DNA of 64,000 nucleotides, taken from assembly GCF_006345805.1 (NCBI RefSeq), contig NC_043011.1, positions 11,656,001 to 11,720,000 on the forward strand, in the 5' to 3' direction. The notes under the pieces were generated by a model. It was not told the DNA's origin, ran no database searches, and saw only the letters and a program-made list of their open reading frames with translations. Of the stretch, positions 27,780-41,177 are shown in pieces; the stretch's first letter is position 1, and the number at the start of each line of letters is the position of its first letter. Source of the DNA: Octopus sinensis. Taxonomy: Eukaryota. A program made the position numbers and the translations under genes.

Positions 27780-28178
27780 TGTAGGAGTGGCTGCATGGTA
27801 AGTAGCTTGCTTACGAACCACATGGTTCTGGGTTCAGTCCCACTGCATGGCATCTTGGGCAAGTGTCTTCTACTATAGCCTTGGGCTGACCAAAGCCTTG
27901 TGAGTGGATTTGGTAGACGGAAACTGAAAGAAGCCCGTTGTATATATGTATATATATGTGTGTGTATGTTTGTGTGTTGTGTTTGTCCCCCCCCAACATC
28001 GCTTGACAACCGATGCTGGTGTGTTTATGTCTCCGTAACTTAGCGGTTCGGCAAAAGAGACCAATAGAATACAAAGAATAAGGCTTACAAAGAATAAGTC
28101 CTGGGGTCGATTTCCTCAACTAAAGGCGGTGCTCCAGCATGGCCACAGTCAAATGACTGAAACAAGTAAATGAGTATA
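27779..28178 (+). mobile_element. SINE family A
   Basis: Full head, body and tail, somewhat diverged. Confidence 0.82.
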
Positions 28179-28259
28179 TATATATGTATACAGACACATG
28201 TGCATACACACACGGAAAAAATTTTAGAAAGTGTAGAATGAAATTCCTATGGGGAGTGG

Positions 28260-29510
28260 AATATCCAACGTTTTGAACAGAGTCCTTCATCACGGTAATG
28301 TACTCCTAAAAGAGGCGACGATGTGATAGCCTTGTTTTCCCAATATAAAGATTGCAGACGATGCGATATACGAGGTTTTAGGGTTATGTAGTACTGTGTC
28401 TAAGGTCCAGCAATGGCTGTAGTGTTGTTAATGAAGAGCCAGTTATTCATCATTAATGAGTGCACTTAAAAGTATCTGGTTGTGTGTAGTTGGGTGCTTT
28501 AGAACGTCTAACTATAGAGGTTGCTGAAGTTTCTATACTTTTGGTGGCATTAGAAAAACCAGAGTGGTTGTGGTGTCAGAAAGTAGGGCTCAAAAGTTGC
28601 AGAGGATTTAGTGTTTTACTAGAAGGATGGATGGGTAATAGGCCAAAGAGAGTGAATCTGGTCTGTAGGTATGTGCAAAGATGGTAGGAGACTTGTGGTA
28701 TAATTAAGAGACTGGGCCTGATCTACAGACGATTGAAGGTACCCTCAATTTAGGAAGTGGTGTCACATTTTCTGACATAGGGATTTAAAATCAGAGCCAA
28801 TGCTTCAGACATTACAAAGTTGAAGGAATTGAGAGAATGGTATGGCAGGTTTAGTGTATTGGGGTGAAAGGAAGAGTAGTAGAAGTAGGAGTCAGCACGG
28901 TTGAAATAGATGTGGGTGAACAGGTGGGTAGTGATGATGATATCAAATAAACTAAACGTGGAGTCAGATATGGTAGAGGTAAATTCCAAAGTAGCGTATC
29001 TTATTAAGCTGTTGTCTCGTGATGGTGACAGCACTAATATAATTATCAATATAGGCGCAGGAGTGGCTGTGTGGTAAGTAGCTTGCTAACCAGCCACATG
29101 GTTCCAGGTTCAGTCCCACTGCGTGGCACCTTGGGCAAGTGCCTTCTACTATAGCCTCGGGCCGACCAAAGGCTTGTGAGTGGATTTGGTAGATGGAAAC
29201 TGAAAGAAGCCCGTCGTATATATGTATGTGTGTGTGTCTGTGTTTGTCCCCCTAGCATTGCATGACAACCGATGCTGGTGTGCTGACGTCCCTGTCATTT
29301 AGCGGTTCGGGAAAAGAGACCGATAGAATAAGTACCGGGTTTACAAAGAATAAGTCCCGGGGTCGATTTGCTCGACTAAAGGCGGTGCTCCAGCATGGCC
29401 GCAGTCAAATGACTGAAACAAGTAAAAGAGTATATAACAACTGTACAGTTATGGAGTGGATCCTGTAAAGTGGGCAAATAGTCGTTCTTTAATGTGGATT
29501 GAGAATTTCT
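28260..29510 (-). mobile_element. Penelope-like element remnant (RT C-half, GIY-YIG endonuclease, hammerhead-like motif), interrupted by a SINE
   Basis: Minus strand: CYIDN (YIDD-like), LEFTSTISDSTFSLFDI, YYSSFHPNT (PLE thumb), NLVYRIVCNLYIGKTR (GIY-YIG). Confidence 0.75.
29054..29432 (+). mobile_element. SINE family A, full length, TATA TSD
   Basis: Complete head to AAAAGAG tail. Confidence 0.87.
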
Positions 29511-29974
29511 TGCGTTTTTGACACGTCTTCCATTCCTCTCTGTCATTCATGGCATTTTTCAGCTCTTGAATAATGCATGAAGTGTCTGCTAGCAATTGTT
29601 AGTGTAGTTTTTTTTGCTGGGCTACTTCCCTGTTTACCAGGAGGTTGTCACAGGAGGACTTCAACTACTAATTTATCAGTAGGGACCAATAAATCTCAGC
29701 CTGTGCTTTTGTGATGTATAGGATATCTTTGGATAAGATATGGAACTCTAATTCTTCATGAAAAACTAAAATATGTTCCTCAGAAGTGCAGTTGAGTCAA
29801 TTTTAATTCATAGTCCAGTCACATGGGCACTAAGAACTTTCATGGAGTAATCTTTTGATGGCATGAACACAGGAATCCCCCATGCTGTTTTATGTATCCC
29901 ATGACATTAACACATGACTAAAAAAGATATATATATATATATCTATATATGTATACACAGAATGAAAATCAAAA

Positions 29975-30333
29975 TCGAAATCGATCAACGTCAATGGAAA
30001 TTGTAGCTGTGATACCAGTGCCGGTGGCACGTAAGTGAACCATCCAAACATGGCCGTTGCCAGCGCCGCCCCGACGGGCCTCCGTGCTGGTGGCACATAA
30101 AAAGCACCATCCGATCGTGGCCATTGCCAGCCTCGCCTGGCCCCTGTGCCGGTGGCACGTAAAAACCACCCACTACACTTACGATGTGGTTGGCGTTAGG
30201 AAGAGCATCCAGCCGTAGAAACATTGCCAGATCAGACTGGGCCTGGTGCAGCCTTCTGGCTTCCCAGACCCCAGTTGAACCGTCCAACCCATGCTAGCAT
30301 GGAAAGCAGACACTAAACGATGATGATGATGAT
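29975..30333 (+). mobile_element. RTE LINE 3'UTR fragment with (GAT)n tail
   Basis: Reverse complement of 7463-7960. Confidence 0.8.
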
Positions 30334-31249
30334 GGTACACAGACATGCACAGACACTTATATATGTTTCATAAATATGCATACACACATGGATGTCCATA
30401 CACAAGTATGCATAGAGGCATCCATTTGTCTTTCAAGTCCATGGATCTGTGTTTGAAAAATTATGCTTCACTCTTTGGAGTCATGGCAGCTAGGACATTC
30501 ACTCATATGTGGGTCATATTTTGCCTTGCATGGGCCTTTAGCTCTGATGGCACAGCCTTCATGTTTCACCTCAAAGAAATGGTCAGGGGCCATTCTCGCT
30601 GCAATGCTTTTACTAATCACCTCTTCTAGTTTGCCAACTAGTTCTCCCTCTAATCGATTTCTTTCTATAGCTAGCTCTTTTATAGACACTGTCAGTTTTA
30701 CTCTAATTGCTCACTTCAGGGCAGTTCACCATTGGTTGTTGACAATTGCTCCCATTAACTGTCACTTAACTAATTTGCTTATCTAGTCCTTGTAGTCTTT
30801 GCATCTAAGAAAAGAACATGTTCAACTTTCAGTAACTGGGCTTCTGCCTACAGGTTCTATCTAAATTGACTGCAGATCACAAATGTGTTATTTATTCTAT
30901 GTAGTTACTAATTTGAATTATGGACAACCTATGCTATCACTATCCTCTGAGCTAACAAACACTCTAGATGCAATCTGGATGACCCATTGTGGTTACCCCA
31001 TGTTACACTGGCACATCAGGGAAATCCAGTCGGTACCTGTCAGACAACTGGAAGTTTCTGAGCAGGATTCTGAGGCTTTTACACCCATTTCTGCTAGGAC
31101 TGTCACTTACATGTGGGTCAAAATAGGGCCCACATTTGAGTGACATCTAGCTGTAGTGACTCAGCCTCTTTGTGCTGTTTGTCCTGGTGCTGTTTTTCTA
31201 TCAATTTGGGGGTTTTTATTATCTACTTGTCTTTTTAAACCATTATCTA

Positions 31250-34200
31250 ATCCCACTTTTCAGTAGGAGAGATCATCTGCAGTGTCTTCTTATGTTTTAA
31301 TGTTTATGTGAAGAAATATCTTTCTCTTGTAGACACTTTAGAAAGAAACATGTGTTCTGTTGCCAGAGGTCAGTTTTCCATGCAGCAGGTTCTTCAGGTT
31401 CCTTTCATGTGGTGTATGTGGCTCAGTCAGCAGATGGTGTTGCAATGGAGTGAGAAGGCTGGCTATCGGTACACAAGCTAAGACATCAATGTTGTTGATT
31501 TGATCAGTCCATTTGATGTCCAGAATCCATCTCAGGTTGTGTAGCTTGGGAGGTATTGCTCTCGTGTCTGGAGCAGATGTTCCAGGTCTCACTGCCATAA
31601 AGCCATATGGTGAGGACATAATCTCTGTAGACTGCAACCTTTGTGTTTACCGTTTATTGTTCTAGGCTCTCATTGTCAATATAGCTAGTATTGAAGCTGC
31701 TCTTCCAGTATGCCTGTTGATCTAAACTGCTTAAGAAATGTTGTCCATAATGGTAGAACCAAGGTCACAGTTGATGGTAATGGTAGGGAGGTGTTGAACA
31801 CCTTAGCTTAACAGTTTTATAATCTTTAGACTGAAAGTCAAGCTTATGGCAGGCTTTTGAGAGCCTGTCCGCAAGGCATGCAGTTTCTCCTGCAAGTGTG
31901 TTGCTAGTGCTACATCATCTGCAAACAGCATGTTTATAATGAGTATTTTGATTTTCTTCCTCAGAACAGACAGACCATTTTTCCATTTGATCTTGTGTGA
32001 ACATAAGTTCTGTCAGTTGATGTTTTAAAGGTGTGCTTTAGTACGATAGGGAACAAGATGTCAGGCAGGGTGGGAGCAGGCACATAACCATGTTTCACTC
32101 CTTTTAGATGCTAAGAAGAGCCATCAAACTGAATTATGTCTTTCATGTATAAGTGGAATGACTACAATTTGGAATAACCTTGGAGGGACACCCAGTCTTG
32201 GCAAGAATTTCAAACAAGTTATCTCTACTCACAAATATGAAGGCCTTCATGAGGGAGATGACATAGAGCTGTTGTTTTCGCTCTTAAAATTTTACTTGTA
32301 GTTTTTGAAAGAAAAACATGTCAGTTGTAGAGTATTCTGACCTGGAGCCACACACAGTCTCAGAGTATATACCCTTTCAGCAATTTTCTACCACCTGTTT
32401 AGGGCCACATGAACAAAATCTTTCCTAACAAAGCTCAGCAAAGAGATTCATCTGTAGTTGTTGCAATTGTTTCTATCCCTTTTGTTATTAGACAGAGCAA
32501 CAATACAGTCTCATATCCTGTAGTACTGTTCCTTTCTATCACAGTCATAGTAATTTGTGTGGGTGTGTGTGCAGTGGGGAGACTATCAATGGCATTGCTC
32601 AGATCTTAAGCAATCAGCATTGCATCTTGTTCCTCCATAATAGCAGATATCTTTTGGTGTCTAATGCACTAAGATGGTGTTTTCTGTGGAATAAAGTTTG
32701 AAGAAATGTTCCATTCATCTTTCCATTTAGAGTTTTCAGTGATTCATGTGTCTTGTTCATGGTTGGGTTAAAAGTTATCTTTATCCTCCCGTACACTCTA
32801 CAAATCTCACCTTGTTAGATCATGATTGAATATCTTTGTGTAACTCTAGCAAATAGTTATATGTGTATCATATAGTTATTTTCTGGGTCTTGCACCTTGC
32901 TGTTCTTAGTGTTTTTAAGGTTGTCTGTGGGATAGCTTCAGTTTTAATAGTGCAGCATACTTTTTGTTGATAATTTTCCTTGGATTTGCTTGAAACCCGC
33001 ACTATTTCATGCTTTATTTCTTATCAAAGGCCTTCCCTGTAGTACTGTGAACATGATCCTTAAGAGAATTCCATCTTATCTGTGTATTTCTATCTGGTGG
33101 GTTTGCAGGAAAGGCATCTTCTAGTAACCTGATGGACTCTGTTGCTTTGTCTTGAGTCTCTCATTATAGTGGCCTCAATGCATTGCTTGCTGAGTATGTT
33201 TCATATAGAGCATGTTCCTTTTTGTAGTCTGATGTTGCAACAAACCAAAGAATGGTCCCTGTTATAGTTGGCACTCTAGAAGGATTGAGCCATAAACACA
33301 TTTCTCAAGTGATAGTGTCTTGTCACCATCATGTCTAGTTGGTGCCAGTGTTTGGAGTAATGGTATCTCCAAGACAGTATTGGATTTTTTTGCATGTAGG
33401 TGTTGGTGACACACAGTTCATGGAGTGTGCAAAGCTTATGTATTGCTTGCTCATTGTCCCTTATGCTACAAACTCTATGTTGTCCCAGGCATCCACTCTG
33501 GTGTTGAAGTTGCCAAACAGTGTGGGGGTCTCTTGAATAACCTCTGGGAGTTGGCCATAGTTATTAAAATCTTGTGTAGAGTAGAGAATTGGTGTATAGA
33601 CACCGACAACGTTGACAGGCCCATCTGATGTATGTATTTGAAGTGAGATTTTTTTTCTGTCCTTTTGCTAGGTTTCATCATCTTCAGCAATGAGCTCTTC
33701 ACAGGTGAACCAACACCATGCTTTCTCTGCAGGAAAATGTATATTCTCTTCCACACAGAGTTCTTGATTCTGCAAGGCATATTTCTTGTAATGCTGCAAT
33801 GTCCACTTAGAAATCTTATCAGTTTGTTGTTAATCACACCCATCTTTTGTCTTTCATTGATCTTCAATATGTTATCTGACTGCTTTAGGGATTCCAGCTC
33901 TAGATTTTCCCCTCATGTTTTATTTCTGAAACCTTTCTTATGGGTGGGTATAGCTTCAAAGCTATAAAGGCTTGAAACCAGACCTTGTCTTTTCCTAGAT
34001 GAACTGCTTCCCCAGTGTAACAAGTTCTGTCTACCCAAAACACTGCTCTAAAAGGCCAGTACCAGCATTTACCCTTTCTCCTGTTAGCACAACAGTTCTA
34101 GTGGATGGAAGGCTTAGTTGCATGTGAAGGCCAGGAGTTGAACTTGGTGGTCAGAGGCTTTTGAGATGCTTGCTATGAGTAGCACCTCTTAGTGGTGGGA
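31250..34200 (-). mobile_element. Highly degenerate, near-full-length RTE (BovB-like) LINE
   Basis: Scattered remnants: LFGNFNTRVDAW (EN 'GDFNAR'), LLFADD region near 31925, LRWILDIKWTDQINN; many stops. Confidence 0.65.
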
Positions 34201-34520
34201 GGTTAGTCCTGCTACCCCTCCTCATCTTGAGTATCATGTATGTATGTATGTATGTATGTATGTATGTATGTATGCATGTATGCATGCATGCATGCATGTA
34301 TGTATGTGTATATGTGTGTATGTATATATATACAAATATGGAATATGTGTGTGTGTATATATATATATATATATAGCATTGGAGCATTTTAGCTCCTATT
34401 TCTAGCAATGTAGGTGTTATCCACACTCTTAGTGAAGTTTAGTTGACGACTATAATTTTTCTTTATGGTATAATGTTACAAACAACTGTTTTTATTAATG
34501 TTAATATATTATATATATAT

Positions 34521-34555
<35 letters not shown>

Positions 34556-34558
<3 letters not shown>

Positions 34559-34792
34559 GGTTGGCCAAAAGTCACCTGACAGTAAATCAAAATCATTTAA
34601 TTCCAAGATTTATTTATGTTTAACAACTGAACGAATTCAATAAAAGCATCTAAATATATGAAACATCATGAAAATTGTTCAAACTGAAGTCCTTCTTGAG
34701 TGACACATTTTTTCCAATTTGAGTCAATACAGAATTACAAATAGTATTTATGGAATTTTGATTTACTGTTGGGTGACTTTTGGCCAACCCTG
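34556..34792. mobile_element. Tc1/mariner-type MITE, 237 bp
   Basis: 38-bp TIRs CAGGGTTGGCCAAAAGTCACC…AGTAAATCAAAAT (2 mismatches), TA flanks. Confidence 0.9.
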
Positions 34793-35339
34793 TATATTTA
34801 TATTTATGTTGATGTATATGCAGTATGTATATATATATATGTATATATAATCATCATCATCATATATAAATCAAATTGAGGAAAAAAAACCATTTCCTTC
34901 AAAGGAATGGAAAAAATCCAATTTTCACTGGTACTTCAGTTGAATACTACGAATAAAATGGTATAATTACAATATGCAAATATTAAAGGAAATAGAGAAA
35001 TACAGTTGACATATTAAAAATTTATTTACATTATAATGTAATATAATTATACTATACAAAAAAAACCCCATATGAAATAATATAATATAACAAATAAGTA
35101 AAAGAAAGGTAAAGCCAAGAATTTGTTTCAACTCAGATCCACTAGTGAATTTATAAAAATTTGCATTTATGCATATGAGTCTCCTCAGGGCAACATTTGT
35201 TCAAAAAGACAGACAAAAAGATTTCATGTAAGGACTGCTAAATCATAAAAGAGACTACTTTAAAATATACCTATGTTTATAAGTGTGAGTGTTAATAATT
35301 CAAAATATATAAATACTATAAAATCCTCTCCATAAATAC

Positions 35340-35370
<31 letters not shown>

Positions 35371-36120
35371 ATATATATATATTATGTATAAAAAAACACC
35401 CATGCCAGCATGGAAAGTGGTCGTTAAATGATGATGATGATGATTATATATATATATATATTATATATGATTGACTGCTAGCCACTAAAGCTTTTTTTAT
35501 TCTCTCTCTGTTTATTTTCTCGTGTTCCTTTCTGTTGAAGAGCATAGGCTCAAAACATAAAAGACTTTCTCACCTTCCTGAATGTTAAACTAATACACCT
35601 GTTTGTTGTTTACACACATGTGTTTGTCTTTTGTTTTTTTGTTGTTTTTTTTTTGTAAATTCCAACTATATGCATATGTATATATGTCGTCATCATCATT
35701 TTTATGTTTACTTATCCAAACTTGCATGGATTTGACAGAATTGATGGAAATAGATTGCTTCATCCAGATGCCTTTTCTGTTGCTAACCATCACCTGTTTC
35801 TAAGCAAAGTAATAGTCCTCATGGCTAGACATGTTTATGCAAAATATTGGAAATGTATGACACTGGTTGTATGACAGTGACACTTATTTAAAATTATCAC
35901 ATGATATCAAGACAAGGAGACACATGCATGAACACACACACTGATACATACTTATACACATGCATGCACATATTTATATGACAGGCTTCTTTCAGTTTCC
36001 ATCTACCACATCCACTCACATGGCTTGGGGCTATAATGAACAACACTTGCTCAAGGTGCCAGACATAGTACTGAACCCATAACCATGTTTTTGGAAGCAA
36101 ACGCCTTACACATCTGCACC

Positions 36121-36179
<59 letters not shown>

Positions 36180-36244
36180 TATATACACATATATTATATT
36201 AATATATATTATATATATATATATATTATACCGATAGATATATA

Positions 36245-36294
<50 letters not shown>

Positions 36295-36331
36295 GTAATA
36301 ATATATATAACATCTATACATATATATATAT

Positions 36332-36374
<43 letters not shown>

Positions 36375-36384
36375 TATATATATA

Positions 36385-36484
36385 NNNNNNNNNNNNNNNN
36401 NNNNNNNNNNNNNNNNNNNNNNNNNNNNNNNNNNNNNNNNNNNNNNNNNNNNNNNNNNNNNNNNNNNNNNNNNNNNNNNNNNNN
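36385..36484. other. Assembly gap (100 N)
   Basis: Run of N after a TA microsatellite. Confidence 1.
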
Positions 36485-37727
36485 CCCCAGAACTTAGCGG
36501 TTCAGTAAAAGTGATCGATAGAATAAGTACAAGGCTTCAAAATATGTCCTGAGGTTTATTTCTTTAACTAAAAATCTTTTAAGGCGATACTCCAACATGG
36601 CTGCAGTCAAATGATTGTAACAAGTAAAAGAATAAAAGAATAATAGAGTATATATATATAATACTTTTAATTAACATATTCTTCCATGACTTGAAATTTT
36701 CATTCTTTAGAAAAATCTTTATCTTTAGCAACCACAAGACAAATTAAAAACCTCCATGTATTGGAATATAGTTTTCTAAAATAAACTTCTGGTTGACCAT
36801 GTACATAAAATGTAGCATAAACGGGCGTAACTTTTTGTTTCTGTAAGGTTGATAAATTTTTGCTTCTGTATGTTTGATAAATTCTCAAAAATTTAATAGA
36901 TTATGTGTATGTTTTCATATCATTTTTGTTGGTGGTAAAGTCATTTAAATTTATTTCCAGGATTTTAGAATGTATTTCTTGAAGTGTTGGTATTTGTTGA
37001 AAATCTCGGACTTGACGTTTAGATATCTTCATTTTTTGATATCCATTAATACAAGATTTATTTCTGAATTATATAAGTTCCGCTCATGTGCTGCATGCAT
37101 TGATCTTGAAATTAAGCGATGATATTGAATTTAATTCTGCTGTCTTTCAATTTTTAAATGTTGTAGCATATATTTTGGCGACACGCGTTTTCTCTGTCAT
37201 TGCGAAAGAAGTATTGTGATTGAGATAGCAGTTTTTTTTAAAGTCATTCCGACTTAATGCTTTCTTTTAGTATCGAGGGCTAACGTCTTGTCAATCAGTC
37301 CTGATTATCTACGTAATTATCGACGAAGCTTAAATTATCTCAACCTAATAAATCTAGACACCGAGAGTAAACATCGTTAGAGCGGCGGAAACTAAATTTA
37401 AAAAAACTGCTGTTTCATTCACATCCCCCCCCCCTTTTTTTTAAATATAGACTAGAGAAATGTCAATGTCACCAAATTATATACAACTATATTTGAAAAT
37501 TAAAAGAAAGTGAAACTACGTTTGATATCTATTAGAAATTTATTGAATGATGCAAGACTTACAACTATCGTAATTCAGGAAATAATTTTATATCAATCTT
37601 GGAAATATGAAGATTGTTTAAATATCAGGTACGACATTTTCAAAATGCGCCGACACTTTAAGAAATATATTTCTGCATATGTTTCTCTAAGGATGAATGC
37701 ATCGAAGAGAAGTATATCCTTTGTGCC

Positions 37728-37779
37728 TTATCGAACATCGAGGCTGATTACTCTACTAGTTCGTTTGCCATCTGCAGAC
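37728..37779 (-). CDS. GH20 chitobiase-like hexosaminidase, terminal coding exon
   Basis: TTTCAG acceptor; phase 2; (R)SADGKRTSRVISLDVR-TAA, resembling the chitobiase C-terminus 'RxxSxDGxRxSRV'. Too short to appear in the ORF track. Confidence 0.82.
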
Positions 37780-37860
37780 CTGAAATAGAAAATAAAAGGA
37801 TGATGATGTTGAAAGTAGTACATAAGCCAAAGGAATCGTAACTGTAACGAAAGATGGGAA

Positions 37861-38213
37861 ATGAATATTTTAGAAATGAAATATCAAAATGTTTCTTTTG
37901 GATGCTCTCCAAGTAAAAAAGTACTGTAGAAATTACATCTGAATATTTTCAAAATTTCATAGTGATGCCTAGTAGTACCTGCTAACTCCACAATTTCTTT
38001 CTCACTTGTGATACAAGAGAGCATTAATTTAAATCAATCAAAAGCAACTATTTAATTATACAAGGAGCTGAATAATGTGAAAACATCGTAACAGGGTATT
38101 TTCAAACATTTCAGGATAAAATCGAATATTACATTCCATCGTTGACTCTATGGTCATTTCTCTGCATAAACAACCTCTCATTGTACTAGAATGTACCATA
38201 AGTAAAGAATAGG
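37861..38213 (+). repeat. 353-bp direct repeat, copy 1 (copy 2 at 46923-47273)
   Basis: About 7 differences by eye; offset ~9.06 kb. Confidence 0.95.
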
Positions 38214-38574
38214 CTCTCAGGAAAGATGATTAGGAAAAATATAAGTTCTGTGAAAAGTGCTCACAATGATATGATTAATAATGTTAGGCTTGCCACTAAA
38301 CGCTCATTGATTTCCAAACGGTGTTTTCGGCACACTTCTTTGTCTTAAAGCCATTTGGCTGTCACAATTTTATTTGATTCACATATATTTAAAAAATCAT
38401 GCTTTTAACCATTTACGATAAATGTCAACATGTGCTCCGTACTTGGTCATACTGAAGTTGAAGATCGTAACTGAATAATGTGATTGGTTCTCAGTTATCC
38501 TCTTTCATTACAACACCTAAAATAATGTAATGATTAACAATTTTTGTTATTATACATTTGGTGTATAATAACAG

Positions 38575-38686
38575 GTTCAGTCCCACTGCGTGGCACCTTG
38601 GGCAAGTTTCTTCTACTATAGCCTCGGGCCGACCAAAGCCTTGTGAGTGGATTTGGTAGACGGAAACTGAAAGGAACCCGTCAAAA

Positions 38687-38733
<47 letters not shown>

Positions 38734-38930
38734 TGTGTGTGTTTGTGTGTTTGTGTTTGTCCCCCTAGCATTGCTTGACAACCGATGCTGGTGTGTTTAT
38801 GTCCCCGTTACTTAGCGGTTCGGCAAAAGAGACCGATAGAATAAGTCCCGGGGTCGATTTGCTCGATTAAAGGCGCTGCTCCAGTATGACCGCAGTCAAA
38901 TGACTGAAACAAGTAAAAGAGTAAAAAAAG
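38575..38930 (+). mobile_element. SINE family A, 5'-truncated
   Basis: Starts at the B-box region and keeps the AAAAGAG tail. Confidence 0.83.
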
Positions 38931-39823
38931 AGAGAGAGAGAGTATACTTTCATTAGAGGAAAAATTATGCACAGTATAAGATTTTTGCGCACACAGACTA
39001 CTGAAAATTAGTGGGAAACCCCTTTAAACCCCGAAAAACAACAAGAAAATTCAAAAACTTATAACTGCCCGTGTATGGCAAAATCAAAAATATGTATTTA
39101 GAATATTATGGAGTTGCATATATTAGCAATTGCAACTATTCGTACGAGCAGAGTCAAATCCACAGAGTTTGGAAACTGAGTATAATCCTCAATATTCAAG
39201 CTCGATAAAAATCTAAATCAAGCAGCATCATGCAGACAGTTCACTCTTCTATGCAAATCTCAAAATTTAATGAAGCTCGACTTGCTAGAAATTTCCATCA
39301 AACCTCACCCTGCTGTCTTAAAAAGGAAGGTTTCATTGGATAAAGTAAGCTGAAAAAAATGGGATAGTCTCGGTTGGAACACTTTAAATCATAGGTCTGC
39401 TTGTTCAGGGCCAATCTAGTGTTAAACAACAGCATCTCTTAAATGTCCGCGTGTGTACCGTTGGCGATTTTTTTCCCTCTGTCTTCCCTTCTCTGGATCT
39501 TTCCTTCTCCTATGTTTCCGACGAAGAGCTCCGCTCGAAACGTTAAACCCTCCTTCTTTCCTTCTTTCCTGAGCGTTCAATAATGCTATATTTGTTCGTA
39601 CTCGCGTTGTTGTGTTTTTTTGTGCTTTCCAAACTTACACGGAAAAATTAGATTTAGGATTAAATCAAATTTCACAATATAAATATAAATTAAATTAGAG
39701 ATAAAACCACTATTATGTCTATCACTGTTTGAGTTGCCTAATAGTGGTTTTGTCTCTAATTTAATTTATATATATATCTATTAAGATAAAACTTACTTAG
39801 AAGTGGATGCGTGGCGTTCTATC

Positions 39824-40250
39824 ATATAATAACAAAATAATAAATAAAACATATGCATATATACATACATATATGTACGTACCTACATCTATATGTATAT
39901 ATACATGCATATATGGGTACAGAACACAAAAAAAAAACGTCGAACACAATGAGAAACGAAAACATAAAAACAAAACCAAGGAAATGGATATTATTCTTAA
40001 ACAACAAAAAAATAGAGTACAAGAGAAGGGGAATGTTTCTTGTGTTGTATGTCTTGTACTCTGTTTTTTCGTTGTTTAAGAAAAATGTCCATTTCCTTGG
40101 TTTTGTTTTTATGATTTCGTTTCCCATTGTGTTCGACGTTTTTTTGGTGTCCTGTACCCATATATGCATGAATATATACATATAGATGTATGTACGTACA
40201 TATATGTATGTATATATGTATGTGTTTTATTTATTATTTTGTTATTATAT
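39824..40250. repeat. Long inverted repeat (~200-bp arms, 27-bp spacer)
   Basis: Arms 39824-40024 and 40052-40250. Confidence 0.92.
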
Positions 40251-40443
40251 ATATATATAATGAAATGGATAAATGAATTATCTTGTTACGGATTATTCAA
40301 AATTTAACCGATACCTGTGTAGCAAAAATCACACCAGAAAAGACACGGTTGAGGTTACGACCATTGGGTTTCGACATGTGTAGAAAATAATAAAAAGGAA
40401 TTTTGTAGAATCTTCGTTCGGCTCCATTTCTTCCCTTCACTAT

Positions 40444-40538
<95 letters not shown>

Positions 40539-40668
40539 CCGAAATTGCGAGGATGATCCGGTTCTTGACTGAAGATTAGAGGCTTCGAATGACCCGCCCG
40601 TTTTTTGTGTCGTCTATTTGAATGTTTTGCGTTCTTGTCCCATTTTGTATTTTTATATATATTTTTTA

Positions 40669-40764
<96 letters not shown>

Positions 40765-41177
40765 CCTCAATATAATTAACCTACATATTCTCTTCTTCAA
40801 ACTACATGGATTCCCACTGTGTGGCACCTTGGGCAAGTGTTTCTAAAGCCCTGTGAGTGGATTTGGTAGACTCCATTATTTGCTACACATTTAAATGCAA
40901 AAATGCACAACCACACATATAATATAGTAAGTGAAAAAAACTTCGATTAACCGAGGCTATTTATATAATTAGTATGCAAAAACTCTCTTCCCAGAGATGT
41001 TTAAAATTGAAAGACAAGTAAGGGAGATAAATTCACTAAGATGAGGCAACATATTTTTGTGAAAATTAGATGATGATGATGGGATTGGATTATGTCTTTA
41101 AAGGTAACAAGTTGAAGCATGGATATATTTCGATCTTACAAGACCTCTCCAGGAAAGCACAGTATATATATATATAT

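Noticed and set aside
30468-30689. 73-aa ORF with Cys/His (HMSECPSCH), possible gag/ORF1 zinc finger
   Set aside because: No recognisable family motif spacing or splice context; cannot be supported.
40560-40600. CTGAAGA…TTCGAAT hammerhead-like words (also 49165-49200)
   Set aside because: No convincing stem I/II pairing or GAAA-UH arrangement.
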